Source of the DNA: Selaginella moellendorffii
Taxonomy: Eukaryota > Plantae > Lycopodiophyta
Direction of reading: 5' to 3'
Assembly (NCBI RefSeq): GCF_000143415.4
Contig: NW_003314345.1
Coordinates: 204,574 to 268,573, forward strand
Length of the DNA: 64,000 bases
A program made the translations under genes and the position numbers. Under the pieces are notes generated by a model that searched no databases, was not told the DNA's origin, and saw only the letters and a program-made list of their open reading frames with translations. Shown piece after piece: positions 22,717 to 34,600 of this stretch. Each line of letters starts with the position of its first letter. The stretch's first letter is position 1.

Positions 22717-24251
22717 ATGGCCGCCGCCAAAGCCCTAAACCCTCTTCCTCGAGGCGAGGGACGAGTGGGCATGGGCGCCAGCATCAGGAGTGGCGCGAGC
22801 TTGGCGGCTACGGGCTACATTCCGCGGAGCTTGCGATCGCAGCAGTGCTCCAGCGCTAGATTCCGGGTGGAGCTCCTCGCTCCCACCAGGAATTTAGGTC
22901 TTTCCAGCAACCTCCAGCAGCAGCACCATCCGCTGGAATTCGCGTCTAGCGGCAAGAAGCAAGGATCCTTGTTCTTGGTTCCAAGCACGGGCGATAACTG
23001 GAAAGCTCGCAGCGATCTTCTTCCTTGCCGAGCCATTGCCGAGGAAGAACAGAGTAAGTGTTCTAGTTTTCTTCTCGAATTCCACGAGGAGCGAGCGAGC
23101 GATTTCTTTTCTTTGCAGTGGCCGATGCCAAAGAAGCTGACACAGCTGCCAGAATCGATGGCAAGGCAATCTCGCAAGCGATCCGGGACGAGGTTGCGCA
23201 AGAGGTGGCCAGGATGAAGAGCGCGCTGGGAAAAGTTCCCGGCCTCGCTGTTATTCTGGTTGGCAGCCGCAAGGATTCGCTGCTCTACGTGACGAGCAAG
23301 GAGAAGGCCTGCGAGCAGGCTGGAATTCGATCCTACAGCGTCAACTTGCCCGACACCGCCACCGAGGCCGAGATCTTGGAGCACGTCCACAAGTTCAATC
23401 GTGATCCCGATGTTCACGGCATCCTCGTCCAGCTTCCACTCCCAAAGGTAAGCAAACTCTATCTCCCTCTCTTTCGATCTACCTTTGTTCCATATCTTGT
23501 TCTTGTTCTTTGTTCCATAGCTACTGGGGCTTGGATTGATCGAGTTATACCATCTTTGCAGCACGTCCGAGAGCAAGAAATCCTGGGAGCCGTGAGCATG
23601 GACAAGGACGTCGATGGATTCCACCCCACGAACATTGGAAGGCTGGCCATGCAAGGAAGGCAGCCTCTTTTCATCCCGTGCACGCCTCGGGGGTGTATAG
23701 AGCTGCTACTGCGAACCGGCGTGCAAATCAGTGGCAAGCATGCTGTTGTCATCGGTCGCAGCAACATCGTAGGAACGCCAGCAGCGATGCTCCTCCAGGT
23801 TCCACTCTTTTTCTCCAGTTTTACTCGTTCGTGATCGATTCTTCTTTTTTTTTTCGGCAGCGTCACAATGCAACCGTGACGGTGGTTCACTCTTACACTC
23901 CAGATCCGGCTGCGGTGACGAGAACTGCGGATATCGTCATTGCCGCGGCTGGAGTGGCTCATCTGGTGCGGAAAGACTGGCTCAAACCAGGAGCTGTGGT
24001 GATTGACGTTGGTATCAACCCGATCGAGGTATGTCCATTCCCGTTTTGGCTTTGAAGTTGAGCTGCCAATGCAGGATCCTTCCGCAAAGAAAGGCCATCG
24101 CACAGTAGGTGATGTCCACTTCAAAGAAGCGTGTAGTGTGGCGTCGGCCATCACTCCAGTCCCTGGAGGTGTTGGACCCATGACCATCGCCATGCTCCTC
24201 CAAAACACTGTAGAATCGGCCAAGCGGGCCTATGAATTCAATGGAACTTAA
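22717..24251 (+). CDS. folD: Bifunctional methylenetetrahydrofolate dehydrogenase/cyclohydrolase with organellar transit peptide; exons 22717-23053, 23119-23447, 23562-23798, 23861-24028, 24075-24251
   Basis: [73 protein letters not shown] introns. Confidence 0.96.
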
Positions 24252-24325
24252 GCGGCTAGCAAACTAAGTCTCGAGTCTCGCCAAAAATGAAAGTTTTGGA
24301 TACAAAGAAACGTTTTACATTTATG

Positions 24326-25770
24326 CTATGCAAGGAATCGGCCATCCCGAAACATCACTTTGAGGATTCTCTTGAGATTAGGAAGTACATGCCTGGGACC
24401 AGCGCTGGCTGTCTCAAAGCGATCCAAAATTTGCTCCAGATCCTATGATCAAAACAAAGAGAAAAGGAAGAACACTGTCAATGCCAACTTAGTTTGGATG
24501 AAAAGGAACGAGACCTTGTTTAGAAGAAAGACTGCATAAGCCGCCCTCGTAGGCTCTTGGCCATCTGAAAAAAGAGGGAACTCAACTAGCTGATTCTCTA
24601 CAGCCGGCAAGACAATGGCACCACCGCTGGTCGACGGCTCGGTCGGAGGTGAAGGGTCTTGGATGTAAGATCGAGAGGCTCGGTATCTCACGGGGTAGCG
24701 AAGCCGGATGTCCAGGAAGCGAGACAACAGGGAGAGCATCTGCGAGCAAAGCTCAAAGTTTAGAAACTCCACCGAGAAACCTAAGATGATCTTTGCTATT
24801 TAGAAGCTTTCACGAGCATTCTCTCTGGTTGCAAATCTCTGAAGAAGGAAGAAAAGAATACTACTTACATGAGCGACGTGTCCGAGTGCTGTGGCCGATG
24901 TTTCGTACTCTCGCTTGTCGGTGAAGAGCGCGGCTTCCTTTTTGACAGGAGCAATGACGTGCAGACCCGAGATAGTAAGTGGAACGCTGTCACCTTCGCC
25001 TGTGCACAAGTCATGAAATCTACGGAGATCGAGCAAGACTTTTGCGAGTACCTGCGTGAGCAAGAGGCGGACACTTCTTCTCGTTTGTGCATGGAATGAG
25101 TGGATACAAAGCAGCAACTTGCGCAGCCATGGCACGCCTTCGAACGGTGAGAAGCCCCTTGAGGCGAGCAAGTCTGCCATAGCCACCATCACCAGACAAA
25201 AGCTTCTGGGCCTCCTGAAAAAAGAGAGAAAAACTTGTGGCAGAACACACGAGCAAGCAAGATAAATACCTGCAATCGAAACTGCGCTGCATTCAAGGAT
25301 CTAGCAGCGTGAAGCAAAGAATTCCCGGACAACGCCAACTTGTCCCTGGCATCCTTGAGCTGCTGGTTTTTTTCTTCCAGAGAGGACGTCGAATCCTCCA
25401 CCGCTTTTCGCCGGAGTTCCACCTTCTTGTGTAGAGATTCCAACGCGTCGATCCGTTTGAGCTCGACCAAGTTCACAGTCTGTGAGAGTAGAGTACTTCA
25501 CTACTTGAGAAAAAGAAAAATCTAAGAACTTACTTCCACAAGAGTCTCGAGCTTGCGAGCGGCGGATTCCTTGGATGCGCGGGCTTTGGAGAGGAGAGTG
25601 GCGAGGCCGCAGAGACGAGCGAGGGAGTTTTCGTATTCTTCCCATTGGAAGAGGTGGGGAGGAGGAGAGGGCTTCTTCTTCTTCTCACCGTCGTCGCTGG
25701 CGTCGGCGAGTCCGAGCTCCGAGCAGCACTGCGTCAGCACGGTGGCCACCGATTCCTCCACCTTGTCCAT
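24326..25770 (-). CDS. VPS38: UVRAG/VPS38 subunit of the class III PI3K complex (multi-exon)
   Basis: WEEYENSLARL..L, coiled coil, QVAALYP, LTISGL, SATALGHVAH, LRYPVRY.ASRSYI.D, FPLF.DGQE.TRAAYAVFLLNK-DLEQ.L, GPRHVLPNLK. Confidence 0.9.
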
Positions 25771-27879
25771 GCGATCCACTCCCGCCTCATCTTTCCAGCA
25801 TCTGGAATCTGGATCATAAACCCTAGGCTAGGTAGTTACCTAATTCTTTCGTTTTCTACTGCAAGGTGCCAAAGATCGAAGCCATCCAGTCTAGAACCGA
25901 GAGAAATGATATATTCTGGTCGATTCGAAAGGCACATGAGCTTGATTCAGTCGAAAAAGCACTGGTGCTCGTCTATCTAATTTTTGGGAGAATCCAAGTC
26001 TAATAGCCACCGGTCACGTCACCAATCGCACTAGTGTACTCAAAGCTAGGCACCAAGGAAGAACTTTGGTTCAGAACTGGAGACTTTTTTGTGGCAAAAA
26101 TCCGAGCTTGTTCTTGATGATCCAGTGATCTAAAACATGTAGCCAAGGGTGCCAGCAGGATGATTAAAATCAATACATAGGCAACAAAAGTAACATCACA
26201 GGTAGCATCAGGTGTAGGGTGATTACCACGTCTAAAGGCATGGGGAAGAACTTCCACAAGAGTCGGAGATATGTTCAACCTTGAAAACACAATTGGACAA
26301 GGGTGATGGCAAAAACTTCCCTTCTGACAACATGTCTTGGTATTGACTCTGCTCAATGAAAACCCATGTCCCAACACATTTCAATTTCAGTGGTGGCTCC
26401 AAGGTGTAGATCATGAACAAAAGGTCCACTACTACCTCTCCACAGTCAGCACTGATTGGACAATTGGGTCGACCCATGTGACGGAAACGTCGCAGAATTT
26501 TGGCGATATAGAACAGGCCAGCACCATCTTCACTCTGAGGCCGACAATTGGGACACATGCAAAATGCCATGGGAGGTACGCATCTCCTACTTAAGTGCTC
26601 AAGTGATTGAAATTGTTCAACACTTCATCCAAGATTAGATTACAACCAACAGTGCCAGATGTCACAATGTCTCTCCCACTTCTGCTTCAACACAAAAAAC
26701 ACATTTGACTTGGCAAATAACAACATGCCTCCGCAATGAACTGCTGGCTGTATTGGAGAAAGTGTCAAAACACTTGGAAGTGTCATTTGATCCACATGGC
26801 AATGTGAAAAGTGATATCTTAGATGGCAAGATTTAAGAAATCTTTCAGATTCTAGAGAAGAATCAAGAGCAAGGTAGTTTATATTGAGATCACTATTAAA
26901 ATATTCTATATTATTCTAGGAGAAGGGCCCTTCTCCCCCATTTGCTGGGATTACAAAGGGGGAGTTCATGCAAGAGATTTTGAGCTGTGCTTTGAGTGAG
27001 ATGGATTTATGTGTTTCTCCCCATGTTGAAGGGTTCCTTCTCAACATCTAGTGACTTCACTACCTAGCCAATCCGTTCTTTAGTTTTCTAATCATTTTTC
27101 TTAGATTAGGAGAGAATTCATGAGTGATTTGATGGTGTTGGCATTGAAGAGATCAGAAAGGTAAAGATGAGTGTGGCCAACTACAAAATTTCTCATGCCA
27201 TGCCAAAATTCTAAAGAAGCTCTCAGATTTTCTTTCTTCTTGGACAAGAAACAATGGTTTCTCAAGTTTATGCTTGGATTTCTTTTTGGGTTCTAGAGAG
27301 ATTTTGTCTGAGCTCTCCATCCTAGCATTAAGAATTGCTCACTTTTGGCTTTTTAGAGTGTGACATCCAAATCATTTTCTCTCATAGCACTGGTTTAGAA
27401 GACTAAATCTTGCTTGTTCTTCCATGTTTTCAAATTTTTTTGAGCTCTAATAGTAAATCTACTCCTGCTCTTTTCATGGAGGGTTACATGCACGTTTTGG
27501 CTGAGTTTGGGGTGAGTTCTTGTGAGTTTTCTTCCATGTTTATTTATTTGAAGCATAGAAGAGTTCTTGCACATCTTTTCTTCCAAAAATCTTTTTAACA
27601 CACCTAATCTCACAAATTTAAGCACCCTATATTATGAGATATATTGGAAACATGATATTTTCTCAAACGCTTGAGTGAGTTTTGGTGGATTTTTATGAGA
27701 TTCATTTTAGGAGATATATTGTATATCCTCTTAGCTTTCTTTTGGATTTAGTCTTGTCAATTTTCATGTACTGAAGGAAGAGTTTAAGTGAGTTTATGGT
27801 TCTTGTTGTGGGGAGCTTTTGAAAAGAAAATTTAGTGATTTCCTTGCTTTGAGTGTGTGTCATTGTGTTTCCTATAAGT

Positions 27880-30800
27880 TGAGAGGCTAGCTATGCATGA
27901 TCAACACTTAGTTGAAACTATAGTGAAGACTATGAGATGGATTCATATTAGTACATAACTTCTTGATAGACAAAGTTATAATATAAATACTAACACATTG
28001 ACTATAAACAATTAAATTAGACATCACCATCCTCAGCTAAGGTGCAAAGCTACCAAAACCAAGTCAAGATCAATGAAAACTCACTACTCTTATAGAGTTT
28101 AATAAAATGCAAGGTGTAACCTACCACCACAATCTTACAAAAGAAAGGCACAATGGTCATTTTTTTAGAAAAGTGCAATAGCCACTTTTCAACACTAACT
28201 CTAGACTCAATTGCATTAGCCCTAAAAGTCAGTATACTTTCAGGTTGCATTATACAAACTACACACTAAAGTTTAAGCTAACTGAAGTAAATTCCAACCC
28301 TTTCACTAATTTGTAATGGTTTTCGAAATGGAATGATTCTCGAGCAAAGTGATTAACAAATCAGCCATTGGAAAAATTTAAGAAAATTTGTGAAAAATTT
28401 CCATCCTAGAGAAAGAATAACTCTTAGTCTAAAGAAATAAATTCTCAAAATTTAACCAACTTCCTTCTACTAACAACTTCACATAAGTTCACCTTAACAC
28501 AAATTCTCATGACTAATAGTATGTCTAAGCATCAAACATCATTGCCCATATTTTCGACATCCAATATTAATATTCACAAAATGCAAATAAACATCCAAGA
28601 CTCGATCACGAAGACCATATTTTTAGATATCCACATTGTACTAACACTCTTCTTCAATCACTTTCAAGATCTAATGTAAAGCTAGAACACTAACAAGAAA
28701 AATGACATGGAAAATTAAGGTCTAAGAAGAATTCTTCATCATTCGAAATAATAATGCCACTTCCACTAACATAAGTGTTAGCAATGTCAATACTTCAGTT
28801 ACATATATTTTCCATCCAACAATCTATTCCAAATGCTAATAGATAAACCAACAAACCATAACAAATGAATGCTATAACTTTTTCTAACACCTTATAGGCA
28901 AATCCTAAAGGAAACAAGGTACCAACTCAAGCTTAGCATAATGGGCCACCATTGAGAATCCAGTCAAAGCTACTATAATGTTATTACATGTAAGTAGATT
29001 AACTTCACCATCAACCACTTTGGGGTTGATCATCATTTAACCAAGCAACTTTGTAAACACATTGCTCACTATCACATGGATATGATATAAAATCACAATG
29101 ACTTGATTATTAATTGAGCAACACCATGAGCAAGCTCACATTATTAATTTAAAAGTTTATGTGAGTATCAAATTCCAACTCTATTTGACAAAATGCAATA
29201 TAAATGCCACACCCCATCGATAAAGATTTACAACACTAACACCAACTTTTATTCACAACACGGATAAGCTCATGCCACTTTCTTTCTAGCCAAACTCAAA
29301 ACTAATATGACACCAAACTATTCAAAAAGCAATAGCAAAGTTCCTTAGAAAAGAATTAAGTTTTGTAACCAAAGTCTTTAATAACAAGCCTAGATAAAAT
29401 GGTTTAGTGCCTCACCACTATCCATCCCACAACTTACCACTTGTAAAACCACCATAACCAACATACATCAAGATAAGGACTCTTGATTGCATATTGTGAA
29501 TACGAACAATGAGATCACACATCGTTGCAAATCATTTTTCCAAGAAAATAAAATAATTTACATATTTGATCCGTCATCCTTAACAACTCTCTTTTCAATC
29601 TTAATTTGACTAAACCTTAAGTTTGCATTCACACTTCCTTTAGTCCAGTCCAAGAAAAGTTTATGAGAAAGTGCAATAATGACTACTTAAACCAATAAAC
29701 TAATCCCTACAATCTTGATTGATCCACATATAATCATGCCTAGAAAGGATTCATTAATGCCGTGCTAAATAGCTATGGATTAGCCTATTCGCCACTCATA
29801 GCAAACCCAAGGGAAGTTTACTTTCATCCATGATACATGGAACAACTCATGAAACCACTGATAGGCTATTATTAATCTTGCCAACTCAAAGTTACACTTT
29901 GAGTTGCTAATGTGCCTCATTCATGAGCCCAAGTGCAAACTCGTGCAAAATGGTACACCTTAAAACCATTTTGCCAATTTAGAGTGTAATTTTGAGTTGC
30001 TAATGTGCCTCACTCACAAGCCCAAGTGCAAGTTCACACAATATGGTACAAAAAGGTAACTAAAATCTATACCCAAGTGTAGTGCACTTTATCTTTTTTC
30101 CCTTAAACCAACTGGAAAAGGGGCAATTGTTTGATGAGAGAGCCCTTAGTGGTTATTTTATCCCCATTTATCCCCTAAAGTTTCAAGGATCCATGGTGAC
30201 AGTATATCTAAATCTCATTTATAATCACAACACCAAGGAATGAATGTGAAGTCTTAGCACCCAAATATGTACCCACTCGGATCATTATTTTCAACGAGAC
30301 TAATTACCCAATCTCATTAGATAATACTCACTAAGACTTATCCTCTAATACCAAATGTAGTGCATGTGGGTTTTTACCCTTTATCCTACCATAGGATAAC
30401 CACAAAATAGAACCTAAACCCTTCATATGCCACGTGTCCAAGGATAGTGGTGCAAAACTTGAGTTTTAGGGCTTTGGGCCACTAAATGAAAGAATGGAGC
30501 CAAACTCCCACACATGGATCCAAGGAGTGAAGGAACCGGAGCATGAAGCAACTCTTGAGCATATATCCTAAGGAGAGAAGGGACAAGATCACGAAGTGAG
30601 TTGGAACAATCTTAGAGCATCCAACATCCTAATACCAGAATTAGCACACAAAATGAAGCCAAACAAAGTCTAGTGCTATTTCAACATACTAGTGGCTTAA
30701 TGCGAGGATATCAACTAACATGATATGGAGCTTGGGTTTAGAATACATGCTTTGGGCTTTCACTCTTATCCACCCTTAGTGCCAGGAGTTAGTCTCTAGG

Positions 30801-31000
30801 ATACGCCATTGTGTCTAGAACAATCTCTACATTCTGTAGATATGCCAAATGAGTAAATTTAAACACTATCTATAAATAGCATTTAGGATAGAAATGAGAC
30901 TAACACAAAGGGCATGATAGTGAGGGAGTTTGACAAACACGATAAGCTATCATCCAATGATATTGAGGGACTAATCTCAATACGCGAGGGTTCTTGTCAA
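27880..31000 (-). mobile_element. LTR-A element, 5' part: partial 5' LTR (30356-~31000), PBS (30343-30353), non-coding internal region
   Basis: On the minus strand the LTR end GTGCACTACA is followed by TGGTATTAGAG. 27880-28830 is the reverse complement of 31670-32640. Confidence 0.8.
30078..30232. mobile_element. 155-bp solo mini-LTR with 5-bp TSD CCAAG
   Basis: TG...CA termini; CCAAG at 30073-30077 and 30233-30237. Inverted relative to 18538-18689. Confidence 0.85.
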
Positions 31001-31043
31001 ACTAGTGCAAGATGGAGTAAAAAAGAATTAAGAGTTAGGCTGA

Positions 31044-31643
31044 TGTAAGTGATTAATTTGTCTATTCTACTTTAGTCACTTAACCACACCTCTAACCATT
31101 TGGAGGAGTCTCACTCATAACTTTCATAAGTCCTATTCCGAACTGGGGGATTTGTTATCATTGTGAATGGCATCTATGCCATTTAGCGCTTTGCACTTGG
31201 TCCAAATGCTCCACGTGTCCAATCCCATTACCAACACCTAAAGGTACCATTGACATATCTACTTGTTACGCTAAAGCTATGTCCATTCCCCTTTTGTCAC
31301 ACAGGTAGTCCAAGACCATTTGCACCATAGTCCCATATCCCAAAGATTAGACCATCCGTCCATTTACAACCACACCTTAGCATCTTTAAGATGCCCGGAA
31401 ACATGGGGAACTTCCCCTATATCCTTTCTTTAGTCCATGCCAAGTCCCTTTTTGTCCCTAGCAGTGCTTGCTAACACCGCCACTGGGTCTGGGTCTGAAT
31501 GCTCAACCACTAAGTCCCATTGACTTCTAAAACTTCTTCACCATATGATCATATCCTTGGTCACTATACCAGAGGACTACTCATTTTCCTTTCCACAATC
31601 TTGGACTTTGGAATAATATTTCGAAACACTATGGCCCTATGCA
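31044..31643 (-). mobile_element. LTR-C family truncated LTR
   Basis: Colinear with 17517-18125. Confidence 0.8.
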
Positions 31644-31649
31644 ACGAAT

Positions 31650-34600
31650 GATCCGTTAATACTTGGAGTAGATCGTTGGATGGAGAAGGTGTGTAGTTGA
31701 GGCATTAACATTGCTAGCACTTGTGTTAGTGAAGATGATATTGTTATTTTGAGTGATGAGGAATTTTCCTTGAGCTTGATTTTCCATGTCATTTTTCTTG
31801 TTAGTGTTTTGGCTTCACATTAGATCTTGAAGGTGGTTGAAGAAGAGTGTTAAGTGCAATGTGGATATCCGAAGATATGGTCTTTGTGATCAAGCCTTGG
31901 ATGTTCACTTTGCATTTTGCGGATATCGGAGTTGGATGTCGGAAGTATGGGCAAAGAGATATTCAAGGCTTAAGCATACTATGGGTCATGAGAATTTGTG
32001 TTGAGGTGAACCTATGTGAAGTTGTTGGTAGGAGGAAGTTGGTTGAGTCTTGAAAGTTTGTATTCCTGAACTAAGAGTCATTCTTTTTCTAGGATGGAAA
32101 ATTTTCCATAAATTTTCTTAAGCTTTTTTAATGGCTGATCTGTTGATCATTTTATCTGAGAACCATTCTGTTTTCGTAAAGCCAGTACAAACTAGTAAAG
32201 GGTTGGAGTTGACTTCGGTTGGCTTAGATCCTAGTAAGTAGTTTGTATGATGCAGCCTAAAAAGGATGCTAACTTTTGGAGTTAAGGCAATTGAGTTGGA
32301 TAGAGTCTAGAGTTGATGTAGAAGAGTGGCCGTTGCACTTTTCTAAGAAGGGTGACCCTTGTGCCTTTCTTCTGTAGCGTTATGTTTGGTGGCAGGTTGC
32401 ACTTTGCATTTCATTAGACTCTATGAGAGTAGTGAGCTCTCACTGATCTTGACTTGGTCTTGGTAGCTTTGCACCTTGGTTGAGGATGGTGATGTCCAAC
32501 TTAGTTGTTTGAAGTTGAGATGTTGGTACCCATACTATAGCTTTGTCTAAGTGGAGGTTGTGTACCAATATGAGTCCATCTCATGGTCTTCACTTTAGTT
32601 TCGACTTAGTGTTGATCATGTATAGCTAGCCTTTTCAAGGCATGCTCAGAGCTATTGACTAAATGCATTGGTGAGCTTATTACAGTTGAGTTAGATTTGA
32701 GTGGTCATTTAGTTCGTGCTTGTCCATGAACCTTTATTTCACCGGGGGTATCACGTTCATGTTGGACAAGTATATGACTCGATGGCATGAGTTTAGTGTT
32801 TGGGTCTTGTGGAGACAAGTTGAAGAGTGGTTGTTAGTTGCTTTGCGACTAGTGATTGCTTGTAGACTTCGTCAAGGACTATTGACACTTGCTTCACTCG
32901 ATGATGATTTAACAGTGATGGGCTTGTTTTACCGGATGGTGTTGCGGAGGATCGTGTCATTAGACTTACATGGGTTTTCCATGTTGACATGTTAACTCTA
33001 CCTCTATTGATATCATTTGGTTGCATTTAATTTGTGGTGTTGGATTTCATTAAGTCTTGGATGTGGTGAATCACTCCGTGATGAAATGTTATCTGTAACT
33101 GAGTTTTGCTGAAGGATTAGTCTTGGATACTGAGTAACGTATTTTCGACTTTGGTTAGCTTAGTTGCTGGAAAGTTTTGAGTGGTGATTCACTCTTGTTT
33201 TCTTTTAGCTTTGTTATGGTGTTGGATGGCATTGAAGTGATGCCTTGTCGTTGACATTGATGATGTTGAGATTTGAGTGAGATGAAATGTCTCTCCGTAG
33301 GATTGATAATAAGTCTAATTAGTCTCGATGCAATTAATGTTGATGCTTGAGCTGTAGCTTTATGTTATTAGCATTTATGCATTTGCTAGTTAGCAACTAT
33401 GTTGACGTTCAAATGAACTGAGTGGCAAGTTTGAGTTAGTTGTGTTCTAGACGAGATTATTTAGTAGGGGTTGAGTTTTGGCTTTTCTTTAAAAAGTGAT
33501 TCAGTCGTGGACTATGCTAACTTTACAGGTGGAAGAGTTAGTGATCAATATTGAAGTGATCAAATCCTTGTTAGATTTGAGTTGGGATATATTGATCATT
33601 GATGATTCTTCTTGTGTTTGTTATGAAGTGAGTTACGTCTTGCTATAGAGTGATTCATGGAGGATCGTTTGGTGATCACTTGTCGAGCATAGCTTTGTTA
33701 TGCTTAGCTTTTGGATTGATGCAGACATGCTCTTCATTAGCTTTGCATTATGAATTTTAGCTTATGGATGTGTTGAGGAGGATATTGTGGGTTGTACCAT
33801 GATTTCTTCTTTAGCATTGAAGTTAGTTCATGCAAGACTTGTGATCATTGTTAGGCAAAAACTTAGCTATAAACTTCTTCGAGCTTTTGGTTCCTTGCGT
33901 TATCATGCTTGTGGTCCATTTGTTTGAAGTTGTTGGGGAAGGCATTTTTGGCTCATTAGCTTCAATATTGAAGTTGGCTTTTGCATTTAGCAATCATTGG
34001 TGATGATTGACTATCATTTAGGATAATTGATTATCCTTGTCAAAAGGTTTTGCTTGATTATTATTGGTATAGAATGATCTGCCGTTCTTCGGGATGGTAG
34101 ATTGTTTCTTCGACAATGATTATGCATCTCCTCATTGATAAGATGATTGATGATCGTTCATGATGGTTAGTTGTTCTCTTTGATAGCTTCTGGCTTTTTG
34201 CAATACTACATGTTATCTGTGGTTTGCTCTGGATTGGTCTCTTGGGTTTAAGACATCAATAGGATGTTGCTGACACTTGCTTGAGCACCTCTGGTTCCTT
34301 GGTATTGTTGACTGGGATCTATTCAGATTGGCTTCTGCAATAGTTGGCATGAACAAGTGTTTGTTGGTTTTACCATATTCATTCTGTTCTGTTGATTATT
34401 GCTTGAGTTAGTTCTGATAGATTGGGATGTTATTTCCTTCGAGTGATACATTCACGAGCATTGTGCTTGTCAGTCAATGATACTTTGTGTTCTTTGAGTT
34501 ATCTCTAGTAAGTTGTTAGCTTACTGTCTGCTATCTTCAGTAGTTAAGTTTCATCATTGAGTTTACTTGATGATCCTTGCTATTGAATTTTGTTTGATGG

